Shown here: positions 29,402 through 37,932 of the stretch, piece after piece
How the letters are laid out: each line of letters opens with the position of its first letter
Position numbering within the stretch: the stretch's first letter is position 1
Virus record (IMG/VR): IMGVR_UViG_643348545_000011
Strand: one strand, 5' to 3'
DNA: 49,764 nt
DNA from: a virus
Taxonomy: Duplodnaviria > Heunggongvirae > Uroviricota > Caudoviricetes
Notes under the pieces: generated by a model
Told to the model about the DNA's origin: nothing
Seen by the model: only the letters and a program-made list of their open reading frames with translations
Databases searched by the model: none
Program-made: the position numbers and the translations under genes

Positions 29402-29892
29402 ATATCCTCCGGATAATAAAAAGCCAGCTTAGTGCACTGAGTGCGGATATATTCCTGCGCCCCTTCCAGCTGCTTCTGCATCAGCATCAACCGCTCTCTG
29501 AGAGTGAAATAATCCCGTTCAGCGGTGTCTGCCAGTCGGGGGCCGGTTGCATTATCCACGCCGGAGGTGCCGGTGGCTTCACGCACGGTACCGGGGCAGG
29601 TGGCGTTGATCCGCAGGCGCTTACGACCAGCGGCAACGTCAGCGCGCAGAGTTTCATTTTCAGCTCTCGCATCGGCTAATTCCCTCGAGTATCTGGCATC
29701 AAGTGCAGCAACATCACGCTGGCGCTGCTGCATATCAGTAATGGTTGCATTTGCCTGCTCCAGCTCTCTGGCTTTTTTATCGCGCTGCGCTTTGTAAGTG
29801 ATGGCGTTATCGCGGTAATGATTCAGCCCCAGACTAAGCGCACCACAGGCCACCAGCAGGGCAATGATGACCACGCACAGTACGCGGTTCAT
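29398..29892 (-). CDS. Rz: Spanin inner-membrane subunit Rz
   Basis: 164-aa ORF resembling lambda Rz ([19 protein letters not shown]..., [51 protein letters not shown]). Confidence 0.9.
   Translation of the reverse strand: MNRVLCVVIIALLVACGALSLGLNHYRDNAITYKAQRDKKARELEQANATITDMQQRQRDVAALDARYSRELADARAENETLRADVAAGRKRLRINATCPGTVREATGTSGVDNATGPRLADTAERDYFTLRERLMLMQKQLEGAQEYIRTQCTKLAFYYPEDI
29487..29657 (-). CDS. Rz1: Spanin outer-membrane lipoprotein Rz1, embedded in the +1 frame of Rz
   Basis: [17 protein letters not shown] lipobox followed by the Pro-rich [27 protein letters not shown], resembling lambda Rz1. Confidence 0.85.
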   Translation of the reverse strand: MKLCALTLPLVVSACGSTPPAPVPCVKPPAPPAWIMQPAPDWQTPLNGIISLSESG

Positions 29893-29893
29893 T

Positions 29894-29992
29894 TCACCAC
29901 CAGCGTATCTGACCGATGAAATAACCGGAGGCCATAATCACAAACACCAGCCAGATAAGAATGAACTTCCAGGTGGATAATTTTTCAGCCAT
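29894..29992 (-). CDS. Possible 32-aa single-pass membrane peptide, translationally coupled to Rz (hypothetical)
   Basis: ATG at 29992 preceded by GGGAGA; [32 protein letters not shown]; stop overlaps the Rz start (TGAAATG); below the ORF-track length cut-off. Confidence 0.3.
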   Translation of the reverse strand: MAEKLSTWKFILIWLVFVIMASGYFIGQIRWW

Positions 29993-30066
29993 CACTCGAA
30001 TCTCCCGAATCAGTTTGCTAAAATCAAACACACTTTCTCCTTTGACTTTTCCAGAGTCAGGAAACA

Positions 30067-30110
30067 CAAAACCCCGCTTGCAGCCAACAAACGGGGTTTT
30101 TACTTTTATT
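30067..30110. terminator. Intrinsic terminator-like hairpin between endolysin and Rz
   Basis: AAAACCCCG-(15 nt)-CGGGGTTTT flanked by U-rich runs on both strands. Confidence 0.5.
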
Positions 30111-30190
30111 CACTTAGTTTTTGTCAGTTCGCAGGATTTCGTGTTATCCGTCCGTGTGAGCAAACCGCATTTTTCAGCAAAATATTCTGC

Positions 30191-30724
30191 TTATCTGTCG
30201 ATTCCCCAGCACGCCAGCGCGCTCTCCTGGTCACGACGGAATACCTGACCGTAACAGTTATTTGAGCGAATACGGCAGTCTCTGCCACCGTCCTTAATCC
30301 ACCAGCGAATCGCTTCGCATGCTCCCCTGCGATCACCAGCATTAATTCGTCTGTAAAACGTCGACGGGAAACACTTACCGGGACCAATGTTGTACGGACA
30401 GAATGACGCGATCCCCGCTTTCTGGGGTTCGGTCAGCGGCACTCTGATGTTTTTCTCCACCCACGCCAGCGCCTTATCCCGTTCGATAGCGTTAACCCGG
30501 TCGCATTTTTCCTTCGACAGCTTCATGCCAGGAATCACAGGCTTACCATCCACCCGGGTGGCTCCACGGCAGATGGTCCAGATACCCGCACCATCACGGT
30601 ATGCCGTGGTGTGGTTACCTTCCTTTTCATCCAGAAACTGGTCGAGGATTTCAGGCGCAGAAGCCCCTGCGGCAATCAGCGCCAGAACGACAGCCGACAG
30701 GCCGTATTTGATTTTTGCGTTCAT
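30191..30724 (-). CDS. R: SAR endolysin (T4-lysozyme-like muramidase with N-terminal signal-anchor-release domain)
   Basis: 177-aa ORF; Gly/Ala-rich weak transmembrane N-terminus (GLSAVVLALIAAGASA) followed by a lysozyme-type catalytic region; lysis-cassette position. Confidence 0.85.
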   Translation of the reverse strand: MNAKIKYGLSAVVLALIAAGASAPEILDQFLDEKEGNHTTAYRDGAGIWTICRGATRVDGKPVIPGMKLSKEKCDRVNAIERDKALAWVEKNIRVPLTEPQKAGIASFCPYNIGPGKCFPSTFYRRINAGDRRGACEAIRWWIKDGGRDCRIRSNNCYGQVFRRDQESALACWGIDR

Positions 30725-30835
30725 GGATATTTATCAGGATTTATCGGTTCCGAATCCCTGGATATGTTAAGCCTTCACCCCGCCAGTGGTGGGCACTGGC
30801 CAGGGTATGTCAATCTGATAAACACAGAGGTGACT

Positions 30836-31096
30836 ATGGATTATCCAAATCTACCAAAACAAACTTTTGCTGATTTAATCGCACTCAGGCAAGCAGTCGT
30901 AGCTCTAATCAACGTGTTGCCGGATGAGGAAAAGGAATTAGTTAAAGCAATTCTTAACAGAACTGCCGCCGATTTTTCATCATTCCCACTGACAGATGAC
31001 CTTGCGGACCTTCCTGAATTAATTGCAGCGTCCGCCATTAAGCTTACTGAAGAGATTTACTCTCCTCAAAAGCCTTCACAAAATTCCTGCGAGTAA
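30836..31096 (+). CDS. Hypothetical acidic 86-aa protein, opposite in orientation to the lysis genes
   Basis: ATG at 30836 with AGAGG 5 nt upstream; divergent from R and convergent with the 211-aa gene (3' ends overlap about 50 nt); no recognised domain. Confidence 0.35.
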   Translation: MDYPNLPKQTFADLIALRQAVVALINVLPDEEKELVKAILNRTAADFSSFPLTDDLADLPELIAASAIKLTEEIYSPQKPSQNSCE

Positions 31097-31679
31097 CTTC
31101 AATGCAATAATCGTAAAACGCCGCGAACTGCTCATCGCGGCGTTTTTCTTCAGGCCGCTGAAGATGCTCTTTCAACCGTGAAGCGCAGCTTAGATGCGCC
31201 GCGCGATCAAGAATAGTTTCTTTCATTTCATCTGCTGCAAGCACCTCATTTTTTGTTGGGGTGCTTTTTTTCAATTCAGCGATATAGCACTCCAGTTTTT
31301 CAATGCGTGATTCAATATCATCGTTTTCTGACCGCAATGCCGTCGGTGGCGTCTTCAGAGAACCAGTAATTATTCCCGGTAGTTTTCCTCTGTAGGTTAT
31401 CAACACATCCTGCGCCTCTAAAATTATGGGGCGCTTTTCCGGCGACTGCTCATCCCCTTCACATAAAGCGGCAGCAATATCCATGAAAAACTGCTTCGCC
31501 TGTTTTTTCGCCTCAGCTTCGTAAAATTCCAGCGTGGCACCTTCAGTACGGTCAAGACTAATCGCCACATTTGGCAACAACAGTGACGGATACCCACCAA
31601 TTTCCAGTGCCACAGTAACAGTAATCTTATCCGGGTAATTATTTATCCCTTTAACAACCAGTTTGTATTGTTTATTCAT
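31044..31679 (-). CDS. Hypothetical 211-aa protein inserted between holin and endolysin
   Basis: Start 4 nt after the holin stop with GGGGAGAG RBS; predicted coiled-coil central region; no family recognised. Confidence 0.6.
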   Translation of the reverse strand: MNKQYKLVVKGINNYPDKITVTVALEIGGYPSLLLPNVAISLDRTEGATLEFYEAEAKKQAKQFFMDIAAALCEGDEQSPEKRPIILEAQDVLITYRGKLPGIITGSLKTPPTALRSENDDIESRIEKLECYIAELKKSTPTKNEVLAADEMKETILDRAAHLSCASRLKEHLQRPEEKRRDEQFAAFYDYCIEVTRRNFVKAFEESKSLQ

Positions 31680-31683
31680 CGCC

Positions 31684-31899
31684 TTACTCTCCCCGCGCTG
31701 CCTTACGACGGTCCTCTCTGATTTTGAAATACAGGTTAGTCAGATATGTCAGCAGACCAAACAGCAGACTCCCCAGCACGCCTATTGCCGCCCACTGAGA
31801 CGGGGAAACCCTGTCCAGCAACTGCAGGAACCAGTAGCCCGTTCCCACCGCTGACGTGGTGTATGACACACCTGTTGTGATTTTTTCCATCTGGTACAT
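31684..31899 (-). CDS. S: Holin, pinholin S21-like class with dual-start motif
   Basis: 71-aa ORF; MYQMEK dual Met start; two hydrophobic segments; C-terminal [20 protein letters not shown]; paired with a SAR endolysin. Confidence 0.9.
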   Translation of the reverse strand: MYQMEKITTGVSYTTSAVGTGYWFLQLLDRVSPSQWAAIGVLGSLLFGLLTYLTNLYFKIREDRRKAARGE

Positions 31900-31974
31900 A
31901 CCCCGTCTCCCGTACTCGGAAGCTCACAACACCAAAAGGGCCACCAGCTCTTTACTGATGACCCTGACTCACCG

Positions 31975-33843
31975 TTACCGCATTGTGCCCGATTCTGGGT
32001 GTGTGGCTGTCATATCCGTCCCCGGTGACTTCGGCTGGATATCACCATTTCCCGGGGTGACACCTTCCGCCTGTGGTTCCCGGAAGCAGTTTCCGGGGAT
32101 GGGTTCCCGGCTGTGCCCCAAGCAATTTCTTCCAGAAATTGAATCCACTTCTTGCATCCAGANNNNNNNNNNNNNNNNNNNNNNNNNNNNNNNNNNNNNN
32201 NNNNNNNNNNNNNNNNNNNNNNNNNNNNNNNNNNNNNNNNNNNNNNNNNNNNNNNNNNNNNNAGTTCGACACCCTCCGGGTATCTTAAACCGCACGGCAA
32301 TTTCACCTCCCTTACTGAGAAGATTTTTTGCCTCCTCCACCGCAACAGTACGGAACATCTTCCAGGAGGTCAGTTTACCCGGCTGTTTTTCCAGTCGCAG
32401 CGCCTTCCTGCCACTGTCATCCGTCACAGTGCCTTTACCACCGGACGCATTCCACTGCTGCTCTGTCCATACACCACTGCCACTGTTCGCATCATATCCG
32501 GCCACCATTCTTGTTACGGCTTCAGTATGACCGCCTGCAGAAGTACCTGCACCCTGCTGTTGCGTCGGACCCGCAGAGCCAGACTGTGCATCCCCCGTGG
32601 AGGCTGGCGTGGTCGCCAGCGGTGCAGACTGCCCGCTCAGGAACGGCAGCAAACGCCCGGCTCGCACCAGTATCTCTCCTGCCAGCCGATCTGAAACAAT
32701 GCCTCTTCGCGCCCAGGAGCTGAAGTGCGTTTTACGATCGGCTGTCGTCCAGTTACCATTACTGCGTGACGCGGCACCATAGTATCCCGCCGTGATAATG
32801 TCCGGATCTTCTGACGGCTCGTTTGTCGGCACATTCGCACCATGCTCATCCGTCATCAACGGCACAAAGTGAATATTCTGCGCCGCCTTGCCTTTATAGC
32901 CTCCGTAAACCGCCTCATACTGCACTGCATACTTCGCCTTCCAGTCGTACGTGGTGTCACCGCAAATCCACGGGACGCCGGACGTTGTCCCGCCAATACA
33001 CTGGTCTGCAATATCTGCCAGGTCTGCACGGTATTTATTTACCATGGCAAGAAAAAGTGCATTGTGCTCTGCATGTCTCCCCGAACTGACATCTTTTTCC
33101 CCCTGCATCCAGATCACCGACAACAGCACGTTTTTCGGATTTTTCTTCAGGGCTGCACGCGTTCTGCTGACCAGGTCACGATACAACGGTTTATCCACCC
33201 CCCACAGGGAAGAGCCCGCTGTCGCACCCGACGCCTCATTAAACGCGCCCTCTGCTCCCGCAGTAAATCCCGAATCGCCACGTCCACACGGGACAAGAAG
33301 GATCCCCGCACGGGCAGGCATAAACGGCAGCAGTTTTTTGGCCACATGCAGGGCATGCCCCACACAGCCATACTGCCCTTTATTGAGGTCTGCTTTCGGG
33401 TGATTCAGATTACTCACGTCCTGCACATCATGCAGACAATGGTCTGCAGGAATAATGTCGTTATATGCACAGGCCGCACCGCCCGGTGTCACCGTGCTGC
33501 GACGCGCCAGTTGCTTAATACGCGGGTCAGGACGATCATACGTATCCGGCAGCGGCAGCCCCTCGCCAAAAGACATCGAGTTGGACTGCCCGGCCAGCGC
33601 AATGACAAAGTAATATTCCGGTTCGCTGGTGGTGCTGATAACAGCGCCACCATCACCCGACGGTTGCACCACCACCGGTGTGGTGACATCACCTTCCGCC
33701 GCAATGGCCTGCATCAGGGTATAGGGCGTGATGGCCACCGGACTGCCAAATGGCTGCCACCCCTCCTTCAGTTTTTGAGTCAGTCGCTCCGCAAGGTCTG
33801 ACGGCGACGCCGCCCTGACCACGTCATAGTGTTTAAATGTCAT
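31975..33843 (-). CDS. nanS: NanS-p-like sialate O-acetylesterase of Stx-type phages, 3' part interrupted by an assembly gap
   Basis: N-terminus MTFKHYDVVRAASPSDLAERLTQKLKEGWQPFGSPV... followed by an esterase-like region; strong GGGAGG RBS; only 32263-33843 is real sequence, and the reading frame downstream of the N run is unverified. Confidence 0.75.
   Translation of the reverse strand: MTFKHYDVVRAASPSDLAERLTQKLKEGWQPFGSPVAITPYTLMQAIAAEGDVTTPVVVQPSGDGGAVISTTSEPEYYFVIALAGQSNSMSFGEGLPLPDTYDRPDPRIKQLARRSTVTPGGAACAYNDIIPADHCLHDVQDVSNLNHPKADLNKGQYGCVGHALHVAKKLLPFMPARAGILLVPCGRGDSGFTAGAEGAFNEASGATAGSSLWGVDKPLYRDLVSRTRAALKKNPKNVLLSVIWMQGEKDVSSGRHAEHNALFLAMVNKYRADLADIADQCIGGTTSGVPWICGDTTYDWKAKYAVQYEAVYGGYKGKAAQNIHFVPLMTDEHGANVPTNEPSEDPDIITAGYYGAASRSNGNWTTADRKTHFSSWARRGIVSDRLAGEILVRAGRLLPFLSGQSAPLATTPASTGDAQSGSAGPTQQQGAGTSAGGHTEAVTRMVAGYDANSGSGVWTEQQWNASGGKGTVTDDSGRKALRLEKQPGKLTSWKMFRTVAVEEAKNLLSKGGEIAVRFKIPGGCRTXXXXXXXXXXXXXXXXXXXXXXXXXXXXXXXXXXWMQEVDSISGRNCLGHSREPIPGNCFREPQAEGVTPGNGDIQPKSPGTDMTATHPESGTMR
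32163..32262. other. Assembly gap (100 N)
   Basis: Run of 100 n characters in the sequence. Confidence 1.
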
Positions 33844-34037
33844 GAATCCTCCCGGTCGGGATAATGTTGTGAGTCAGATGAGGGAACGGGCTGAAGTCCG
33901 GAAGTTACAGGACAATGGCAGGAGGAAGACTACAGCCCGCAATACGAAAAAGGCCGCGCTATTGCGCAGAGTGATTACTGTCGGATATTATTCGCCAGCT
34001 GAAATATTACTTCACGTTTTGTTGTTTATTCCTTGCC

Positions 34038-34067
34038 GCCCGCGTCTCCCAGCGCGGGCTTTTTTTG
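34038..34067 (+). terminator. Intrinsic terminator-like hairpin (+ strand orientation)
   Basis: GCCCGCG-tctcccag-CGCGGGC followed by T7. Confidence 0.5.
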
Positions 34068-34411
34068 TCCATAAGAAAGCCCCTCCGGAGAGGGGCTGGA
34101 GAGTGGCGCTATGTGCCATTGCATGGTGCCGGGTGCCTCCCGGTGAGTTCAGTATCAGCACCTGAACCCGCACAGAAAGGATAAGGGTCGGTGACAAAAC
34201 ACCAGTTGCTGATTGCCCCTCCGCACAGGGGGATTCACCATGCCAGTTTCTTTTAACAAACTCCCCGCAAACCAGACAACAGTCAACCGCCTGAATTGTG
34301 AGGTATTTAAAAATTTCAACGGGTAACTGATACCCTGCTAATCGCCTGATGCTTTCTTTTTCAGCAACGGGAAAGCAACAACCACCACACCCACCAGCCG
34401 CCCATTTACCA

Positions 34412-34440
34412 CAAATAAAAAAGCCTTCACTGCGGAAGGC
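34412..34440 (-). terminator. Intrinsic terminator downstream of the small ORF after Q
   Basis: - strand GCCTTC-cgcagt-GAAGGC followed by TTTTTTATTTG. Confidence 0.6.
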
Positions 34441-34624
34441 GTCTGTAACAACCGAACTGATAGTCTGCCAGACCCGCCATAACCAGCTGGGTCAGTATTA
34501 ACTGGCAGCGTTCGCGTGAAAGGTAAGTATTCTGCGCAATCTCCCCGACTGTCGCCGGTTCGGTGGCACTTAATTCATTAAACACCACTCTGGCGGTTTC
34601 TGTCATATCCTGCTGTTTTAGCAT
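34427..34624 (-). CDS. Hypothetical small protein with winged-helix-like segment, between Q and nanS
   Basis: About 66 aa from ATG 34624 (MLKQQDMTETARVVFNELSATEPATVGEIAQNTYLSRERCQLILTQLVMAGL...); flanked by two terminator-like hairpins; start choice uncertain. Confidence 0.3.
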   Translation of the reverse strand: MLKQQDMTETARVVFNELSATEPATVGEIAQNTYLSRERCQLILTQLVMAGLADYQFGCYRRLPQ

Positions 34625-34742
34625 GTCTTTTTCCCTTTTCCGGTTAACGTGACACACCAATAACTCTTGTCGAAAAAGCCAGCAAGCTGAAAGACCGGTA
34701 TTCACCACCACCAGCACGTTTACTGTACTGATGCGATTTCAG

Positions 34743-34768
34743 TCATAAAAAACCCGCCAGGCGGCGGG
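34743..34768 (-). terminator. Intrinsic terminator-like hairpin just downstream of Q (possible tR'-like element)
   Basis: - strand CCCGCC-gcct-GGCGGG followed by TTTTTTATGACT, about 60 nt after the Q stop. Confidence 0.5.
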
Positions 34769-34828
34769 TTTAAGTTGTGTGGCGTAGTAACCACTCTTAA
34801 CATACTGACATACTTTTTGCGGACCGCG

Positions 34829-35221
34829 CTAATCATTTTTTACTTTTTTGGGCAGCCAGTCGTCCATCTCCAGCCTTACACCCAGCATCGACAGACATCC
34901 GTCAATAAATCCTTCAGCAATCTGCATCTCAATTCGTATTGCCTTTTCGCTCTTCTTTCTTGTTCTGGCAATCTGCCTTTTTGATATGCGCAGCAGATAA
35001 TGAGCTACCAGCAGCGAATACTCGTCCGGTTTTTTCTTCTTCAGGCGCGTAAGGCAGTTTTCGATGATAAGGCCGTCATCATCGCTGCAGGCCGGGCGAG
35101 GTTTAGCGGTGGATGGTAAAAGGCCTTTAAATCCAGCAGCTATCGGAGAATAGTCCACCCCGGTGTTACCACTTGCCGCCCATGCCCCCCAGCGTTCAAG
35201 AACCATCTGAATATCACGCAT
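34829..35221 (-). CDS. Q: Late-gene antiterminator Q (QuuD / phage 82 type)
   Basis: Starts MRDIQMVLERWGAWAA..., like the DLP12 QuuD family; last gene of the early-right operon, just upstream of the late region. Confidence 0.85.
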   Translation of the reverse strand: MRDIQMVLERWGAWAASGNTGVDYSPIAAGFKGLLPSTAKPRPACSDDDGLIIENCLTRLKKKKPDEYSLLVAHYLLRISKRQIARTRKKSEKAIRIEMQIAEGFIDGCLSMLGVRLEMDDWLPKKVKND

Positions 35222-35238
35222 CAACTTTCTCCACAAAA

Positions 35239-36234
35239 TCAGGACAGCACACCAATCGCCAGTGCGCGATCGATAAAACGAAATATCAGCTCCAGTTGGG
35301 AACCATACTTCTCTTCAAATGCCACGGTATCCACATGCAGTTCGTCATGGTGTTTTCTGCACAAAGGCAACACAAAGAGATCATGCGCTTTTGTCCCCAT
35401 ACCACCCTGGCCGTGACCAATCAGATGATGCGGATCATCAGCTGGCTTTCCACAACATGCACACGGCTGCGTCTTAACCCAGCGAGTGTACTTTTCATTA
35501 ACCCAGCGACGACGTTTGGGGCGTAACATAAAAGACTCCGGCGACTCCGGATCCACTTTCAGCGCCAGCACCTTTTTCGCTTTATCCCGGATAATACTGG
35601 TGGCAGTAACCGAAGGTACAAGGTCACTCTCCCGGGTGACAGACGGCAAAACAGGTTTCGGTAATCTCAGGGCCTTACGGGCTGCACTTTCCGGTAAAGC
35701 ATCCGCCAGGTCATTACGAACCAGCCACCAGCACAGTTCCGGCATTGTCACAACGTGACTGTCATCAAAACCAAGATCACGGCGCACAACAGACAACACC
35801 CAGCGGGCACAGTTATCCGTTGCCATTGCTTCCAGCCGTTCCGTGAACTGGTCACGGAGAAGATTGTCACAGTGCCAGCACAGACGGATTGCGCCTGGCG
35901 CGTGCCGCATTGTGGTCATGTTCTCGCTGTGCCAGTCGGAATGAGGCCACTGACAGCCCTTTTCACGAAGTAACCAGCTCTCAAGGCATTCCACGCCACC
36001 AGCACGACGGATCACCGCCTCATGGCGGAACACGGCCCGAACGGCAGGATCATCCGCCAGCGGTTGTGATGCCGCCGGAACGGCACCACTGGCGAAAGAT
36101 GAATAACGCTCCGGCTCAGGCTCCAGCAGGACACGCCCCTGCATAAACAGGGGCATCAGCTCTGAACCTGGCCTGAACAATACGATCCCCATACGCGGGG
36201 CAATTTCAGGGGTCAGTAGTGCTCTCACAGTCAC
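35239..36234 (-). CDS. DUF968-type prophage protein with HNH-like Cys/His cluster
   Basis: 331-aa ORF; C-terminal CACCGKPADDPHHLIGHGQGGMGTKAHDLFVLPLCRKHHDELH; nin-region position upstream of Q. Confidence 0.7.
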   Translation of the reverse strand: MTVRALLTPEIAPRMGIVLFRPGSELMPLFMQGRVLLEPEPERYSSFASGAVPAASQPLADDPAVRAVFRHEAVIRRAGGVECLESWLLREKGCQWPHSDWHSENMTTMRHAPGAIRLCWHCDNLLRDQFTERLEAMATDNCARWVLSVVRRDLGFDDSHVVTMPELCWWLVRNDLADALPESAARKALRLPKPVLPSVTRESDLVPSVTATSIIRDKAKKVLALKVDPESPESFMLRPKRRRWVNEKYTRWVKTQPCACCGKPADDPHHLIGHGQGGMGTKAHDLFVLPLCRKHHDELHVDTVAFEEKYGSQLELIFRFIDRALAIGVLS

Positions 36235-36235
36235 C

Positions 36236-37063
36236 TCAATGAACGGTATCGAGCAGCTTTAACAGCTCAGGAAATCGGGATTCGAAGAAATGCGGCTGCG
36301 TCTCGCGCGGATTTGCAGGACTGGTGATGTTCTTGCCGAACATGCAGCCTTTCGCGGTCAGCGACCAGAATTTTTTGATGTTGTTAATCGCGGTACGGCT
36401 GTATCGTTCGCGTTGTTCAACGATCCCCAGCTTCGCCATCTGGTGATATGCCTGATTAGCCGTCAGGCGGATACCATACTGCTTCAGCAGTGCACTCAGC
36501 GACAGCGTAGGGCGGCTTGAACCATCTGGCGCATCAGCAGGTGCATCAATGGCATAGATCGGCATAAGTTCAGGAAGACCAGCTACCTTTGATAATTTCT
36601 GGTATGCACCAAGTTTCGAGGAGTTTGACAGATTTAGAGTCTTTGCTGCTGATTCAAGCAGAATGACCCCGGATTTAATTTTGTCGGATGTGGTTTCTTC
36701 TGGTGATGAATTATGAAGCGCATCAAAAGTACGTATCACTTTTAAGCTGAATGCCGGGCTGATCCACATTGCATATGCATAGACCAGCTCTTTACAGACA
36801 TACGTCCCACCATTGCGCCCCTGAATGGTGATGACAGGAATACTACGGGAATCTCCCGTAGTTTCTTCTTCCAATAATTCCACAAGAGCCTTCGTTTCAG
36901 GACGACGCATAAACTCGTGAACTTCCAGCGAACGGGAGGAGCGATTCTCACCAGCGGCAAGAAGAGCAGCTTTCTGAAGGTCGTTAAGACAGTAGTTAGA
37001 TTCGAAGTACTGGCGCACAGAAACGCCATCAATTACAAGCAACTGATTCATTGGTTTCTCCAC
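36236..37063 (-). CDS. KilA-N domain protein (antirepressor-like)
   Basis: 275-aa ORF; N-terminal region with a KilA-N-like pattern (...GTYVCKELVYAYAMWISPAFSLKVIRTFD...). Confidence 0.65.
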   Translation of the reverse strand: MEKPMNQLLVIDGVSVRQYFESNYCLNDLQKAALLAAGENRSSRSLEVHEFMRRPETKALVELLEEETTGDSRSIPVITIQGRNGGTYVCKELVYAYAMWISPAFSLKVIRTFDALHNSSPEETTSDKIKSGVILLESAAKTLNLSNSSKLGAYQKLSKVAGLPELMPIYAIDAPADAPDGSSRPTLSLSALLKQYGIRLTANQAYHQMAKLGIVEQRERYSRTAINNIKKFWSLTAKGCMFGKNITSPANPRETQPHFFESRFPELLKLLDTVH

Positions 37064-37213
37064 AAATTTTTATCCACGAGCGGGACTGCACTCCCTTTTC
37101 GTTGATGCAGGATGAACTTACTGCGATTTTTAATAGTTATCAAGGATACACTGTTCATAAATACAGTATCTTTAACGAGGTAATACCCAAATTTAGGGTG
37201 TTGCTCAATTCCG

Positions 37214-37609
37214 TTACCGAGTTGCTAATTTGCAACTCGCTTTTTCGTACTTACTGATAGTGATCTCGACCTTCCCCTCCGGGATAACCGGTCCCCACTC
37301 CACCAGCATTCTTTTCACCTGACTGTCGTCTTCCCACACACCCGCGTGGGTCAGGGCGTCAAACAGCGCCTTGTTATAGTTGTCCAGATCGCGGATCCGG
37401 TTATCCGGAGGAAACAACACGATCTCCACTGAAGCAGGTGCCGACGTTGGTTTCGGCAGACGACGTAACTGCTCAACTATTGCTGCACACGCCGCGCTCT
37501 GGAATTTTCGCCCCGCCGCGCTTATCAGGCTCTTACCAGCAAACGCCCCTTTGTTGGGGTGTCGCCAGTACGTGTTCACGCTGGGCGGAAAAGGCAGTAT
37601 TAGCTTCAT
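37214..37609 (-). CDS. rusA: Holliday junction resolvase RusA
   Basis: 131-aa ORF with the RusA signature around RDLDNYNKALFDALTHAGVWEDDSQV; nin-region position. Confidence 0.85.
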   Translation of the reverse strand: MKLILPFPPSVNTYWRHPNKGAFAGKSLISAAGRKFQSAACAAIVEQLRRLPKPTSAPASVEIVLFPPDNRIRDLDNYNKALFDALTHAGVWEDDSQVKRMLVEWGPVIPEGKVEITISKYEKASCKLATR

Positions 37610-37932
37610 ACTTTCAGGCCCCTCTCATGTAACCAGTGGGCTGCACGCAGCCTGGCGTTTGCCTCACCGGCAAGCAGGGCGCGGATAATCCCGACCGCCT
37701 CGCTGTCGTCGTCCTTCACCGCGGTATGAAGAGTGATACCCCGGGCCACGCCACGCTTTATCGTGATGACACCTTTTTTCTCCAGTGCGCGAAGATGCTC
37801 CACCGCTGCATTCACCGAACGGTATCCCAGCATGGTTGCCACCTCCTGATTGGTTGGCGGGAAGCCACGTTCTTTCTGATAAGAAATCAGCATATCCAGC
37901 ACCTGCTGCTGGCATTGAGTTAATGTCGTCAT
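37606..37932 (-). CDS. LexA N-terminal-domain-like DNA-binding protein (no peptidase domain)
   Basis: 108-aa ORF; LTQCQQQVLDMLISYQKERGFPPTNQEVATMLGYRSVNAAVEHLRALEKKGVI closely parallels the LexA winged-HTH domain. Confidence 0.7.
   Translation of the reverse strand: MTTLTQCQQQVLDMLISYQKERGFPPTNQEVATMLGYRSVNAAVEHLRALEKKGVITIKRGVARGITLHTAVKDDDSEAVGIIRALLAGEANARLRAAHWLHERGLKV

Noticed and set aside
29961-30248. 95-aa + strand ORF between Rz and R
   Set aside because: Runs through the bidirectional hairpin and into the antisense of R; the opposite-strand 32-aa ORF coupled to Rz is more plausible.
32010-32694. ORFs containing runs of X spanning 32163-32262
   Set aside because: Translations across the 100-N assembly gap; not interpretable.
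33842-34400. Looked for tRNA genes and stxAB between Q and the NanS-like gene
   Set aside because: No cloverleaf-compatible sequence (no GGTTCGAATCC-type T-arm) and no ORF of StxA or StxB size; the interval is too short. Only terminator-like hairpins and one small ORF.
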